In this document: piece by piece, positions 20,412 to 31,070 of the stretch
How the letters are laid out: every line of letters begins with the position of its first letter
Position numbering within the stretch: the first letter of the stretch is position 1
From: Thainema sp.
GTDB taxonomy: Bacteria; Cyanobacteriota; Cyanobacteriia; Phormidesmidales; Phormidesmidaceae
DNA length: 61,509 bases
Assembly (NCBI GenBank): GCA_052168235.1
Contig: JBQLZK010000045.1
Coordinates: 1 to 61,509, forward strand
Reading direction: 5' to 3'
The notes under the pieces: model-generated
Databases searched by the model: none
Seen by the model: only the letters and a program-made list of their open reading frames with translations
What the model was told of the DNA's origin: nothing
Position numbers and translations under genes: made by a program

Positions 20412-22079
20412 ATGAGATATCTAACTTTTCTACTTAAAACGGCTTGGATTGAAATCGCCACAGCAACGCTACTGGGACTGCTCAGCGGTGGGCTGAGTGC
20501 CAAGCTGATTGCCATGATTAACCGCGCCATCCAGCAGCCCAACCATCGGGAAGGACTGGTGCCGTTTGCGGTGCTGGTCTGCCTGACGCTGGCGATTGGG
20601 ATTACGTCTCAGTTCATTTTGATTCGGCTGTCTCAGGATGCCATCTATCAGCTGCGGCTCAATTTGAGTCACGATATTTTACAGTCGCCCCTGCCGCATT
20701 TAGAGCGATTGGGCAGTCATCGGCTGCTGGCCTCGCTGACCGATGACGTGCGGACGCTAACCCACACCGTTTCAGTGATCCCAAATCTCTGTGTGGATTT
20801 AGCGACGATTGCAGGTTGCTTAATTTATCTGGCTTGGCTGTCGGGCTATCTGCTGGTGCTGCTGGTGCTGGTTGCGTTGGTGGCCATTTGGGCCATTCAG
20901 ATCACGATGCGGAAGGCGCAGCACCTGTTTGAACTGGCCCGTGCAGAAGAAGACCATCTGTTTCACCATTTTCAGGCAATTACGGATGGGACTAAAGAGT
21001 TAAAGCTAAATCGCGATCGCAAATTGGACTTTTTCCATCATCACCTGGCCTACAACGCCAACATCATGCGCCAGAAGACGAAACACGCCATGAAAATCTT
21101 TGCGGTGGCGGATGGGCTGGCCCAGTTTGCGCTGTTTGCTATTCTGGGCGTGATTTTGTTTATTGCGCCGCAGTTGATTGAGACGCCAATGCCGCTGCTG
21201 GCCACCTATGCGCTGACCGTGACCTACTTGACGATGCCGTTTCAAAACCTGCTGCATCGGCTCCCGGAACTGCTGCGGGGCCGCGTGGCGCTGCGGAAGC
21301 TTGACCAGATGCAGCTTGCTCTGGCCCATGAGCAGGAACCGAATGCTGCCGATCCTCGCCCATTTCTACAGTCCTGTCAGATTGAGCTGCGCCAGGTGCG
21401 CTATCACTACCAGCCCTATGGAGATGAGCATGGTTTCACGCTTGGCCCCATTTCCTTATCCTTAGAACCGGGACGCATTACCTATCTGATTGGTGGTAAC
21501 GGTAGCGGCAAGTCTACCTTGGCGAAAATTATTACGGGTCTCTATCTGCCGGATGCGGGTGAATTATTGCTGTCTGGTATGCCAATTACAGAAGAGAATC
21601 AGGACTGGTATCGGCAACATATTTCGGCTATCTTTTCTGATTTTTATCTGTTCGATCGCTGCCTCGGTTTAGAGGGCGTTAATCTCGATCAAACCGTCAA
21701 TCACTATCTTCGACAGCTTCAGCTTGATCATAAAGTGCAAGCCCGCGATGGCGTTTTGTCTACCACTCGCCTATCTCAGGGACAGCGCAAACGGCTGGCG
21801 TTGTTGACCACTTATTTAGAAAATCGGCCCGTTTATGTCTTCGATGAATGGGCTGCCGATCAAGAACCAGCCTTTCGAGAACTGTTTTATACCGATATCC
21901 TGGTCAAGCTTAAACAGCAGGGAAAAACGGTGGTGGTTATCACCCATGACGATCGATATTTTTATTTGGCAGATCGGCTAGTGAAATTAGATTATGGACG
22001 AGTTGAAGAAGCAGATGCAGAGACTGTCAATCGATTGAGCCGTCGGCCAAGTCATTCACCGATATCTAGTCACTTGTAG
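20412..22079 (+). CDS. Cyclic-peptide export ABC transporter (SyrD/PvdE/YojI family)
   Basis: TM domain plus GGNGSGKST, LSQGQRKRL, FDEWAADQEP, ITHDDRYF. Confidence 0.95.
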   Translation: MRYLTFLLKTAWIEIATATLLGLLSGGLSAKLIAMINRAIQQPNHREGLVPFAVLVCLTLAIGITSQFILIRLSQDAIYQLRLNLSHDILQSPLPHLERLGSHRLLASLTDDVRTLTHTVSVIPNLCVDLATIAGCLIYLAWLSGYLLVLLVLVALVAIWAIQITMRKAQHLFELARAEEDHLFHHFQAITDGTKELKLNRDRKLDFFHHHLAYNANIMRQKTKHAMKIFAVADGLAQFALFAILGVILFIAPQLIETPMPLLATYALTVTYLTMPFQNLLHRLPELLRGRVALRKLDQMQLALAHEQEPNAADPRPFLQSCQIELRQVRYHYQPYGDEHGFTLGPISLSLEPGRITYLIGGNGSGKSTLAKIITGLYLPDAGELLLSGMPITEENQDWYRQHISAIFSDFYLFDRCLGLEGVNLDQTVNHYLRQLQLDHKVQARDGVLSTTRLSQGQRKRLALLTTYLENRPVYVFDEWAADQEPAFRELFYTDILVKLKQQGKTVVVITHDDRYFYLADRLVKLDYGRVEEADAETVNRLSRRPSHSPISSHL

Positions 22080-22107
22080 ATCTCAGTTTAGTACTCTATA
22101 AATTAAG

Positions 22108-22156
22108 TTTTGATAGTTGATGTGCCGCGCGGAGCGCGGCACATCAACTATCAAAA
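22108..22156. repeat. Perfect palindrome, 23-bp arms, GC-GGA-GC apex; probable terminator
   Basis: TTTTGATAGTTGATGTGCCGCGC-GGA-GCGCGGCACATCAACTATCAAAA. Confidence 0.95.
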
Positions 22157-22303
22157 TTCATTAAAACAAAGGCAAATTGTTTTGGGGTAGTGCGTCTGGG
22201 AGGTGCATTTGGGGGTAGTGCGATCGCACTTAACTTTAAAGACAACAATTGAGTATTATGACTGAGCCATGCTAATCAATTATTGTCTTCAAATAATGTG
22301 TTA

Positions 22304-22552
22304 CTAACGAACACCGCCACTCGTATGGGCAGTTTCAGCTGCTTGGGAATTGAGAGGAGGTTCATAGATTTGTTCTCCTCCCATTACAATTTGAAGCTCA
22401 TGAGTTGATTTTTGGAATATCTGAAATATCTGATAAATGCTATTACCCGTTAGGGTGAAAATCCATAAGCCAAACAATAAACTGATCGTACCGCCAAGTA
22501 GAACAATGAGATGGGATCGCTGGAAGTTAGGGGGCTGAGTGGTTGGAAACAT
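22304..22552 (-). CDS. Small single-TM hypothetical protein
   Basis: 82-aa ATG ORF, one TM helix, C-terminal YEPP...SGGVR. Confidence 0.55.
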   Translation of the reverse strand: MFPTTQPPNFQRSHLIVLLGGTISLLFGLWIFTLTGNSIYQIFQIFQKSTHELQIVMGGEQIYEPPLNSQAAETAHTSGGVR

Positions 22553-22716
22553 GGCTATGCTTGAAATTCACTACTTACATCTTGGAGGCTAAAGACAAGG
22601 AGTAATTTGAAGGCAAAACGGAATAATGAAAGGAAGCTACACTTAACCTATGCTCTCATTTTTCTTTAACAAAGATATAATTTGTAAATCAATTAATATA
22701 TAGTCTTAATAATTTG

Positions 22717-22820
22717 TATAGCGCTTCTTGCACTAGTAAAGGGAGATTAATTTTTGAAAGCCACGCTTCGCGTGGCTTTCAAAAATTAACTTGTACCTCA
22801 GTAGCCTAGGAAAGGCTATA
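22717..22820. mobile_element. MITE family B (TATAGC...GCTATA ends, IS630-like) carrying a perfect hairpin (22747-22789)
   Basis: TATAGCGCTTC...GAAAGGCTATA termini; 20-bp arms with GC-TTC-GC apex; homologous ends at 60993-61046 and 61460-61490. Confidence 0.7.
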
Positions 22821-22839
22821 GTTTTAAGAATTGCTGGCG

Positions 22840-24753
22840 CTACCTTTGCTTGGATCTTTGTAGTGACCAGCGGAGTTCACAAACCGTTCCTTTGGTATCA
22901 GACGATCGCTGGAAGATGCCGTTTAGCCGCCGTGCTAGGGCCAAAGCTTGCTGTGTACCGCGCCCATTTCTCGTCTGGGACGGTCTGTCCGCTTGATGTT
23001 TGCCGTTGTCAGCGATGCGAATGACGTTTTCCGTTTCTGTCGTTATGCATAACACCGTTAGGCGCTTGGCCGCGATCGCATGTTTGCCGACATTGCAGAG
23101 GGCTTCTTCAAAAAATCGACAAATTGCTCGTTTCTCATCAGCGGTGAGTGCATCCGTTCCGGCTAGCGGATCAAACTTGATAATTTGAAATTCAATCGAT
23201 GCAAAGCCAGGAAAATTGCGCTCCAGTGTGACTTTGTAAATCGTATACAGTACCTCATGCAGCGGATTACGCAAATCAATCACGCACTGGCTGCCGAGCT
23301 GAAGCTGCTCTTCCAAGGGCAGTGATTCTTGCAGAAGTTGATGGTAAATTGCCCGCAGTTCTTGATTCAGCAGCTCTAGCTTGTTGCGGGTTGGTAAAGA
23401 TAAGGTTTCTTGCTCTTGCAGCAGTAAAGCCAGAATCTGCAATGGGCCGTTGTGAATCGCGTCATAGGTGCGCTCAATCACTCGCTGACGTTCATCAATC
23501 CGCGATCGCAATGTTTGGTCATACAGATAAAACCCCGGCAGCACCAAGCCATTGATCGTAAACACCATCAGCGTCGGCGTGACCGGAATCCACCAGCCCC
23601 CCAACCACAGCAGCAGTACGCTGAAATCGAACAGCATCAGGCCGACTGTTCCGACCGCCAGCATGTACCAGGCTGGGCGGGAAGTGTATCGCACCAGCAG
23701 CATACCGATGATGCCCCACAGCCCAATCCACAGATATTCCCAACCGTCCGACCAGGTTCGCAGGGCAGGTCGATTATCCAGCACGGCACTGAGAATTTGG
23801 CTGATCACATGGGCCTGCATTTCCACTCCCGACAGCAAACCAGGATTCTCAGCCTGTACGGCGGCTGAATTCACCAAGTCCTTAACGCTGGGAGACACCA
23901 TACCAATGAGCACAATGCGATCGCGAATTAGCTGATCCTCAACTCGACCCTCCAGCACATCCGTCATCGATACCCGCTCAAACGGAGTGCGGCCACTGCG
24001 GGGATTGATCAGCATCTGTACCCCGTTAGCGTTCGTATCGACATAGCCGCCGGAATTCGCCTGAAACCGCAGCAGCTCTGTCCGCCCAAAGCGCATGTTG
24101 TGCGGATTGAGCTGGCCTCGCTCCAGCGTCAATCCTTCTTCGGCCAGGTACGCTTCGGCTAGTCTGAAGGCAAATGAAAACCGAAAGTGGTGAGGGTGGG
24201 GATGCTTGGGCGGCGGCGCACTGCCCAAATAGGCTCGTCGCACAAAGCCATCTTTATCTAGCGGCAAATCCACAAACCCAATCCGGTGCGGTGGCAGTCC
24301 GGGCGGCGGCGGAATCCGTTTGCCAATCATTTTTTCGATGCCAAAGACATCTGAATTTCTGAATGTAGCCATCAGAGCATCGTGCCCCGGTCGAACGGGC
24401 AAATCTCGATAAAAATCAAGCCCAATGGCGCGAGGTTGGTGCTGAGATAAAACCTGGAGCAGTCTGGCCAAGTCCTGATCGGGAATTGGATAGGTTCCGG
24501 CTCGCTGAATATCGGTCTCATCAATGCCGACTATCAGCAGCCGCTTATCGGGCGATTCAGCAGGTCGCCAGCGTAGAAAGCTATCTAACGTTTTCCATTC
24601 CAAATGCTGTAGTAGACCCAGCGCCCGCGCCGATAGAATCAGCGCAATTACCACTAGCCCCGGCAGCGTATGGCGCTGCCAACCGTGTCTCGCTTGCCAT
24701 AACTGTCCACCTGCGGTGCGAATCGTTCTGCGGTTGGCCATGCTGGGAATCAA
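22840..24753 (-). CDS. CHASE2-domain sensor histidine kinase
   Basis: IVGIDETDI, IGLDFYRD, GVEMQAH (CHASE2); 3 TMs; DAIHNGPLQ H-box, EALCNVGKHA, IADNG, GRG. Confidence 0.92.
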   Translation of the reverse strand: MIPSMANRRTIRTAGGQLWQARHGWQRHTLPGLVVIALILSARALGLLQHLEWKTLDSFLRWRPAESPDKRLLIVGIDETDIQRAGTYPIPDQDLARLLQVLSQHQPRAIGLDFYRDLPVRPGHDALMATFRNSDVFGIEKMIGKRIPPPPGLPPHRIGFVDLPLDKDGFVRRAYLGSAPPPKHPHPHHFRFSFAFRLAEAYLAEEGLTLERGQLNPHNMRFGRTELLRFQANSGGYVDTNANGVQMLINPRSGRTPFERVSMTDVLEGRVEDQLIRDRIVLIGMVSPSVKDLVNSAAVQAENPGLLSGVEMQAHVISQILSAVLDNRPALRTWSDGWEYLWIGLWGIIGMLLVRYTSRPAWYMLAVGTVGLMLFDFSVLLLWLGGWWIPVTPTLMVFTINGLVLPGFYLYDQTLRSRIDERQRVIERTYDAIHNGPLQILALLLQEQETLSLPTRNKLELLNQELRAIYHQLLQESLPLEEQLQLGSQCVIDLRNPLHEVLYTIYKVTLERNFPGFASIEFQIIKFDPLAGTDALTADEKRAICRFFEEALCNVGKHAIAAKRLTVLCITTETENVIRIADNGKHQADRPSQTRNGRGTQQALALARRLNGIFQRSSDTKGTVCELRWSLQRSKQR

Positions 24754-24810
24754 TCAACAGTAGTGCAGCCTCAAGTTCATTGTTGCGGTAAATTCTCCGA
24801 AAATCTACTG

Positions 24811-24910
24811 ATATTGAGTCTGCGTATAAAAACTAATTCATTTTTTGTAAAACGCTTGCTGAGCAAGCGTTTTACAAAAAATGAATCATGGGTTTTCAAC
24901 TGGACTTCAT
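24811..24910. mobile_element. MITE family A, copy 2 (inverted), with perfect hairpin (24836-24886)
   Basis: Reverse complement aligns with 6222-6323; ATATTGAGTC...GGACTTCAT ends; GC-TGA-GC apex. Confidence 0.7.
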
Positions 24911-24938
24911 AGAAATCTTCTGCTCCTCGACCCGTTCG

Positions 24939-25613
24939 TTAGTCAATTAACCCTTCTTCCCGCGCCCGCAGTTCGGTTTGAATGCGAATATTCTTGCCAT
25001 CTTCCGGATAGACTCCCAGTGCATCCTGCACCTTTGTCCAGTAGTGCCGTACAGTACGTTCTGAGACGTTCATCTGCTCTGCGATCGCTTTATCCTGCAA
25101 CCCATCTTTGAAGGCCAACTCCAGCACCTCAAACCACTCCGGCTTAACTTCAATACCAGTACGCATGTCGCGCGGCGTATAGATTAGCCCCTTCAGCGCC
25201 CAGTCTACTTTCTCTAGCATTTCTCGCATGGGCAAATTCTTATCGGCAATGGTGAAGCCGCCTTGATGGGCATCAATCGAAGGCTTAAGCCGAATCAGCG
25301 ATCGCACATGGGCACTCTGCACCACAATATTTAGCTCCGTGTAGGTTTCCAGCAGGTGGCGCAGAAGCTGAATGCCGGATTCGATATGTGATGGTTGGTT
25401 GACCGCCTCTGGAATGGATAGATCCGCCATCAGCAGATCGGGCCGCATCACGGCTAACTGCGCTTTTACAGCTTGAGCATTCGCTGCCGTGCGAATGTCG
25501 GCGTCCGGATAGGCTTTGGCTAAGGCGTGAATCGTGCCGTTTAGAACGGATTCATGATCGTCAACAACGAGAAATGTTAAGCGAGGTGGAGAGGATGGCA
25601 TTGAGTGGGGCAC
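24939..25613 (-). CDS. NarL/LuxR-family response regulator
   Basis: LVVDDH, ADLSIP receiver domain; GLQDKAIAEQMNVSERTVRHY HTH. Confidence 0.93.
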   Translation of the reverse strand: MPHSMPSSPPRLTFLVVDDHESVLNGTIHALAKAYPDADIRTAANAQAVKAQLAVMRPDLLMADLSIPEAVNQPSHIESGIQLLRHLLETYTELNIVVQSAHVRSLIRLKPSIDAHQGGFTIADKNLPMREMLEKVDWALKGLIYTPRDMRTGIEVKPEWFEVLELAFKDGLQDKAIAEQMNVSERTVRHYWTKVQDALGVYPEDGKNIRIQTELRAREEGLID

Positions 25614-25841
25614 AGGCTAACGAAATCCGGGCAAAAACTAAGTAAGTCTGCTAGCGTCGTCTTTACGCTGAAAGTCGAGAGCTAGAGTGTTGATTCGATT
25701 TTCCCCTGAGTTGAAACCCCAAGGGTCTAGTCTTGTTTTTAGCAGGATTCCTCTCCCTGTAGCAAAAAGAAGTTAGCAATTCCTCATAATTACGGATAGT
25801 GGGCTAGGGACAAGCTGCGATCGCGCATCAGCCGATGTTAA

Positions 25842-28800
25842 TTACGGGCAAGGTGCGATCGCGCTTCTTTCGTATGAGGCACCAGGAGCCGCTGCTATAA
25901 GCTGAACCTGCCCTGCCTCATTTACGATCCAACCCTGCGCTTCCTGAATCACATCCGGTCTATCATTTTGCTCGTTTTCTGATAGCTGATGAGATGACTG
26001 TATTGCAGTTGTCTGCATTGTCTCTGGCCCTAAGTCGTCCAAAAATTGATTATCATTCAGTCGATCGCTTGGTTCTGGCGGTAATCCACCCCGTCCGGTA
26101 ATAATGAATTCGCTCTCTGGTGCTGAGGCGACATCACAACTGCGATCGATCAGTCCCGTTGGATCAACAATATTTTCTGGCAGCTCGGTTAATCCCTGTC
26201 GCACATCTACGGAAGTAAGCTGATTAAATGTGGTTATTCCTGCGGCCCCACCTTCAGAGCTAGCGGTGATATCGCTCAAGGGTGTCCGCTGATCACGAAA
26301 CTCTAGGCCAAAGATATCAAGTGCTGTAATGTTGACCTGTCCACCATCTCCCTCAAACGCATCAGCCGCAATATCGCTATTTTCCTGTGGCACCCCAATA
26401 ATAAAGTCAGCCGTAATATCAATGTTGCCACCATCGCCACCTGCTTGAGCGGTACCTGCTGTTGTAGAAACAAGGCTACCGTTTCGCATAATCAAATTGC
26501 TATCTAGATCAACAGCAATGTTTCCACCTTGACTGTTGAACGTTTCTGCGAGGATTGCTGAGCCATTTCCCATATTTAATGAACTAGAATCAATTGAGAT
26601 ATTACCGCCCCTCTCCGACAACAGAGAAGCTGAATTACTCAATATCAAACCTTGTTCTAATTCAATATTTTCTACCATTTGCAAAGTGACATCTCCAGCA
26701 CTACCTTGGCTCTCAGAGGTGACCGCGATTTCTGCTTCGCTACTGATAAATAGCGAATTCGCTGCTAGCTCAACACTACCACCATTACCTTGTGCATTTT
26801 GATTAACAGTACTGGACAATCCACTGCCTAGAATTCCATTAGGAGTAGTTCCATCAAGACGAACAGAATCATCGATTTCAACAATAATTTTTCCTGCATT
26901 CCCGTCTCCAAAGGTACTGGTGTTAATCACTGCACCATTTGTCGCTTCTAGAGAGCCTGCTATTAATTCAACATTTCCACCATCTCCCATAGCATTTGTC
27001 TCAACAGTACTGAATAATCCACTACGAAACTTGCCGTTAGAACCAATCCCATCAAGGCGAACAGAATCATCGACTATAACGGTCACCTCTCCTGCACTGC
27101 CGTTACCGAAAGTACTAGCAACTATCTGAGCCCCATTTGTAACGACCAGAAATTCGGCTATTAATTCTACGCTCCCACCATTTCCTTGTGCTTCTGGATT
27201 AACAGCACTGCCTAATCCGCTGACAGATTCTCCATTTGGATTAGTTCCATTAAGCAAAACAGAATCACCAACTGTAACAGTTATATTTCCTGCATTACCT
27301 TTTCCTTCTGTACTAGCAGTAACTTGAGCCCCATTTGTAACAGTTAAGGAATTTGCTGTTATTTCAATTTCACCACCTGCACCTTGCGCACTTTGATTGA
27401 CGGTACTACCCAGTCCGCTAATAATCTCTCTGTTGGGACTAGTTCCATCAAGCAGAACAAAATCATCGACTGTAACGATTACATTCCCTGCATTTCCATC
27501 TCCAGAAGTAGTGGCACCAATTTGAGCTCCATTTGCAACGGTTAAGGAATCTGCTGTTATTTCAATACTCCCGCCATTTCCTTGTGCTCCTGGATTAACG
27601 GCACTCCCTAATACACTTAAAAAGCGTCCGTTTGGACTAGTTCCACTAAAACGAACAAAATCATTGACTGTAACAGTTACATTTCCTGCATTTCCGTCTC
27701 CAAACGTGCTGACATTAATCTGAGCTCCGTTCGTTACGGTTAGAGAGTTAGCTGTTAGCTCAACATTCCCACCATTTCCTTGTGCTTCTGGACTGATTGT
27801 GCCACCTAATCCGCTGGCAGAACTTCCATTTGGACTAGTTCCATCAAGCAAGACAGAGTCATCGACTGTAACAATCACATCTCCTACATTGCCGTCTCCA
27901 AAAGTGCTGGCATTAATCTGTGCTCCATTGGTGACAGTTAGAGAGTTGGCTGTTAACTCCACACTGCCACCATTTCCTTGCGCTCCCAACGCGACAGTAC
28001 TACCTAATCCGCTACCAGATTCTCCATTTGGACTAGTTCCATCAAGCAGAACAGAACCACTAATTTCCAGGAATAAATTGCCCGCATCACCTATTCCTAA
28101 GACGCTAGAATCAATTTGTGACCCATTCCTTAACTCTAAGGAATCAGCGTTAATCTGTATGCTTCCACCTAAACCTTGGCCTGTCTCTTCCACAGTACTA
28201 CGAATAGTATTTGTCCCAATAGAGTCAACATCATCAAGAAGAACTTCACTGGCCTTGATGATAATATCACCAGCATTTCCCATACCAAAGGTAGAAGTAG
28301 CTAGTTCAGAACTGTTTAGAACATTCAGTCTAGAAGTTTCAATAATTAAGTTGCCTGCATTTCCGACAGCATTTGTATCAACAATATTACGTACAACGCT
28401 CGATGTAATGTTTACCTCATCAGATGCATCTAGCACCATGTCTAGTGCCTGTGCATCTTCAAAGCCAGAGTCTGTATCAATTCCAGCAACAATAGAACTA
28501 TCTAAAATATTCATGTTGTGAGCAGAAAAAGCAAGGCTCGATCTTGCCTCCGCGCGAACATCAATGGCGCTATCTTGTATAGATATGTCTGCACGATTTA
28601 AGTCATTTGCAAAATCTAGACCAACTAAATCACCATCAACTGTTATGCCTATGATACCGGCGTCATTAATCGCAGCAATTTGCAATTTACCTGCTGATCC
28701 GGAGGGAAAGCCGATATTACTATCGGGAGTAAGACCAACGCTACTATTTTCGAGCAAAACATTTCCACCAGCCAAAATTAAGCTTTGGCTCTGATTTACA

Positions 28801-29405
28801 CCTAGGATGCCGCTTTGAGCACGTATATCTCCCGGTCTTTGGTTTCCATATTGAAGTCCCACTGGTGTGTTGATTGTTAGCAATGGTACAGGAGAAGGAT
28901 TCCGTGCATTAAACAACTGATTGTTGTCGAATAGAAATCCATCAGCTGTGGTTGCAAACAGAGATCCACCGATCAAAACAGTCGCGGAATTAGGGCCGAA
29001 TAAAATGCCGTTTGGATTCAGCAAAAACAAATCAGCATTTCCACCAACGGTAAGTATTCCTAGAATTTCTGAGGCCGTATTCCCAGTGACACGACTAAAA
29101 ATTCGTTCAATTCCAGGTGGATTCTCAAAACCTACGAATTCTCCTGCTGCAACATTAAATTCAGAAAAGCTGTGAAATAAATTTGCTCCACGAGCAGCAC
29201 CACCTAAAATCAAATCCCCATCGCCAAACGGAGGCAAGGTGGTTGGAACAACCTCTGAGGATTCTGCGCCCAATGTGTCGTCTGGTGTAATCTGCCCTAA
29301 TGCAGCAGACTGTATTAAAAAACTAGTCGCAATAAATCCTGAGCAAACAGTGATACCAAGTGTTTGAAAAGATAAAAGCATGCCAAAAAGTAGTGTAAGT
29401 AACAC
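25842..29405 (-). CDS. Filamentous haemagglutinin-family (TPS secretion domain) beta-helix protein
   Basis: QITPDDTLG, NLFHSFSEFNV, LFLLNPNGILFG; tandem 66-aa repeats; C-terminal ITGRGGLP and EAQGW motifs. Confidence 0.92.
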   Translation of the reverse strand: MLLTLLFGMLLSFQTLGITVCSGFIATSFLIQSAALGQITPDDTLGAESSEVVPTTLPPFGDGDLILGGAARGANLFHSFSEFNVAAGEFVGFENPPGIERIFSRVTGNTASEILGILTVGGNADLFLLNPNGILFGPNSATVLIGGSLFATTADGFLFDNNQLFNARNPSPVPLLTINTPVGLQYGNQRPGDIRAQSGILGVNQSQSLILAGGNVLLENSSVGLTPDSNIGFPSGSAGKLQIAAINDAGIIGITVDGDLVGLDFANDLNRADISIQDSAIDVRAEARSSLAFSAHNMNILDSSIVAGIDTDSGFEDAQALDMVLDASDEVNITSSVVRNIVDTNAVGNAGNLIIETSRLNVLNSSELATSTFGMGNAGDIIIKASEVLLDDVDSIGTNTIRSTVEETGQGLGGSIQINADSLELRNGSQIDSSVLGIGDAGNLFLEISGSVLLDGTSPNGESGSGLGSTVALGAQGNGGSVELTANSLTVTNGAQINASTFGDGNVGDVIVTVDDSVLLDGTSPNGSSASGLGGTISPEAQGNGGNVELTANSLTVTNGAQINVSTFGDGNAGNVTVTVNDFVRFSGTSPNGRFLSVLGSAVNPGAQGNGGSIEITADSLTVANGAQIGATTSGDGNAGNVIVTVDDFVLLDGTSPNREIISGLGSTVNQSAQGAGGEIEITANSLTVTNGAQVTASTEGKGNAGNITVTVGDSVLLNGTNPNGESVSGLGSAVNPEAQGNGGSVELIAEFLVVTNGAQIVASTFGNGSAGEVTVIVDDSVRLDGIGSNGKFRSGLFSTVETNAMGDGGNVELIAGSLEATNGAVINTSTFGDGNAGKIIVEIDDSVRLDGTTPNGILGSGLSSTVNQNAQGNGGSVELAANSLFISSEAEIAVTSESQGSAGDVTLQMVENIELEQGLILSNSASLLSERGGNISIDSSSLNMGNGSAILAETFNSQGGNIAVDLDSNLIMRNGSLVSTTAGTAQAGGDGGNIDITADFIIGVPQENSDIAADAFEGDGGQVNITALDIFGLEFRDQRTPLSDITASSEGGAAGITTFNQLTSVDVRQGLTELPENIVDPTGLIDRSCDVASAPESEFIITGRGGLPPEPSDRLNDNQFLDDLGPETMQTTAIQSSHQLSENEQNDRPDVIQEAQGWIVNEAGQVQLIAAAPGASYERSAIAPCP

Positions 29406-29558
29406 TACTGTGCAGCTTTACAGACATCCAGCAATTATCCAAGGGCAAGTTGACATCACTTCATACGCATTAACTCAACGCCACTTTTTACAAACAGGCT
29501 GCAATTCCCCGGTATGATAGTTAACCGGACTTCTGCTGCAAAACAAGACTAGACAACC

Positions 29559-30644
29559 ATGACACAGCACTTTCGCATTACGCTGCTTCCCGGTGATGGC
29601 ATTGGCCCAGAGATTATGGCCGTGACTGTTTCTGTCCTCAAACAGGTTGGCCAACAGCTCGACCTCACGTTTGACTTTCAAGATGCTCCCATCGGCGGCG
29701 TAGCGATTGATGCCACAGGTAATCCCCTGCCAGATGAAACGCTGGAGATCTGTAAATCCAGCGATGCCGTTCTGCTAGCGGCCATCGGCGGCTACAAATG
29801 GGATAACCTGCCCCGCCACCAGCGCCCTGAAACCGGACTGCTCGGTTTACGGGCCGGACTCAATCTGTTCGCCAATCTGCGTCCAGCAACGATTTTGCCG
29901 CAGTTGGTTGATGCCTCTAGCCTGAAGCGGGAAGTGGTCGAAGGCGTAGACATTATGGTCGTGCGCGAATTGACGGGCGGCATTTACTTTGGTCAGCCCA
30001 AGGGCATTTTTACCACCGAATCCGGTGAAAAGCGCGGCGTCAATACAATGGCCTACACCGAAAGCGAAATTGATCGGATTGGCCGAGTCGCATTTGAAAC
30101 GGCGCAAAAGCGGGGCGGCAAACTCTGCTCCATTGACAAAGCCAACGTGCTCGACGTGTCGCAACTGTGGCGCGATCGCATTTCTGCTCTTGCGAATGAA
30201 TACAGCGATGTCGAGCTGTCTCACTTGTATGTAGACAACGCCGCCATGCAGCTGATCCGCTGGCCCAAGCAGTTTGACACCATCGTCACAGGCAACCTGT
30301 TTGGCGATATCCTCTCCGATGCGGCGGCGATGCTGACGGGCAGTATCGGCATGTTGCCCTCTGCCAGCTTGGGTGCCGATGGCCCCGGTGTGTATGAACC
30401 CGTTCACGGTTCCGCACCGGATATTGCCGGACAGGACAAGGCCAATCCAATGGCGCAAGTCCTCAGTGCGGCGATGATGTTGCGCTATGGACTCGATCAG
30501 CCGGAAGCAGCGACCCGGATTGAAAACGCCGTGATGACCGTGCTGGATCAGGGCAAGCGGACGGGCGATATCATGTCCGAAGGTATGACCCTAGTGGGCT
30601 GCCAAGAAATGGGCGATGCGCTGATGGCGGCATTGGAAGCATGA
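29559..30644 (+). CDS. leuB: 3-isopropylmalate dehydrogenase
   Basis: [46 protein letters not shown]. Confidence 0.98.
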   Translation: MTQHFRITLLPGDGIGPEIMAVTVSVLKQVGQQLDLTFDFQDAPIGGVAIDATGNPLPDETLEICKSSDAVLLAAIGGYKWDNLPRHQRPETGLLGLRAGLNLFANLRPATILPQLVDASSLKREVVEGVDIMVVRELTGGIYFGQPKGIFTTESGEKRGVNTMAYTESEIDRIGRVAFETAQKRGGKLCSIDKANVLDVSQLWRDRISALANEYSDVELSHLYVDNAAMQLIRWPKQFDTIVTGNLFGDILSDAAAMLTGSIGMLPSASLGADGPGVYEPVHGSAPDIAGQDKANPMAQVLSAAMMLRYGLDQPEAATRIENAVMTVLDQGKRTGDIMSEGMTLVGCQEMGDALMAALEA

Positions 30645-30832
30645 CTGACAAGCTAAGCTTCATTCTCAAAGTTATGATTGGCTCCGCTTTGATCTCGCTT
30701 GGGATTAAATATCTGGGGCCACAGCTTGCCGTTCCTGCCACATCGGCAGTTGCGATCGCAATTGTCCTGGCACCCCCGATTATCATGGCGGTTTTGCTGG
30801 GCTGGCGACTGCAAAAAGATAATCGAGCCTAG
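30641..30832 (+). CDS. Small 2-TM hypothetical protein
   Basis: ATGA overlap with leuB stop; two hydrophobic helices. Confidence 0.7.
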   Translation: MTDKLSFILKVMIGSALISLGIKYLGPQLAVPATSAVAIAIVLAPPIIMAVLLGWRLQKDNRA

Positions 30833-30899
30833 CCCCATCCATTAAAGCAACCTGAAAAACACACTCTTCCCAATCGAATAGCATACAATCGAGTTTTAC

Positions 30900-30953
30900 G
30901 TAGGGGCGTTAGCGAAGTCATGTCCAAAGGGTTATATGGCCATTCGCCCTTAC
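30900..30953. repeat. GTAG-type REP palindrome with a small inserted element
   Basis: GTAGGGGCG...CGCCCTTAC arms interrupted by TTA-GCGAAGTCATGTCCAAAGGG-TTA. Confidence 0.55.
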
Positions 30954-31070
30954 ATCAACCCTTTCCTTACATAAAATTAGTACTCACGATTCCCTGTACA
31001 GCCCCTTACAGCCTCAAGCCCTCATTCTGGTACGTTTTGCATTGCCCCAACACACCCACCCATTCCTATC

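Noticed and set aside
26536..29175. Plus-strand ORFs up to 240 aa opposite the TPS gene
   Set aside because: Antisense shadows of the repeat region
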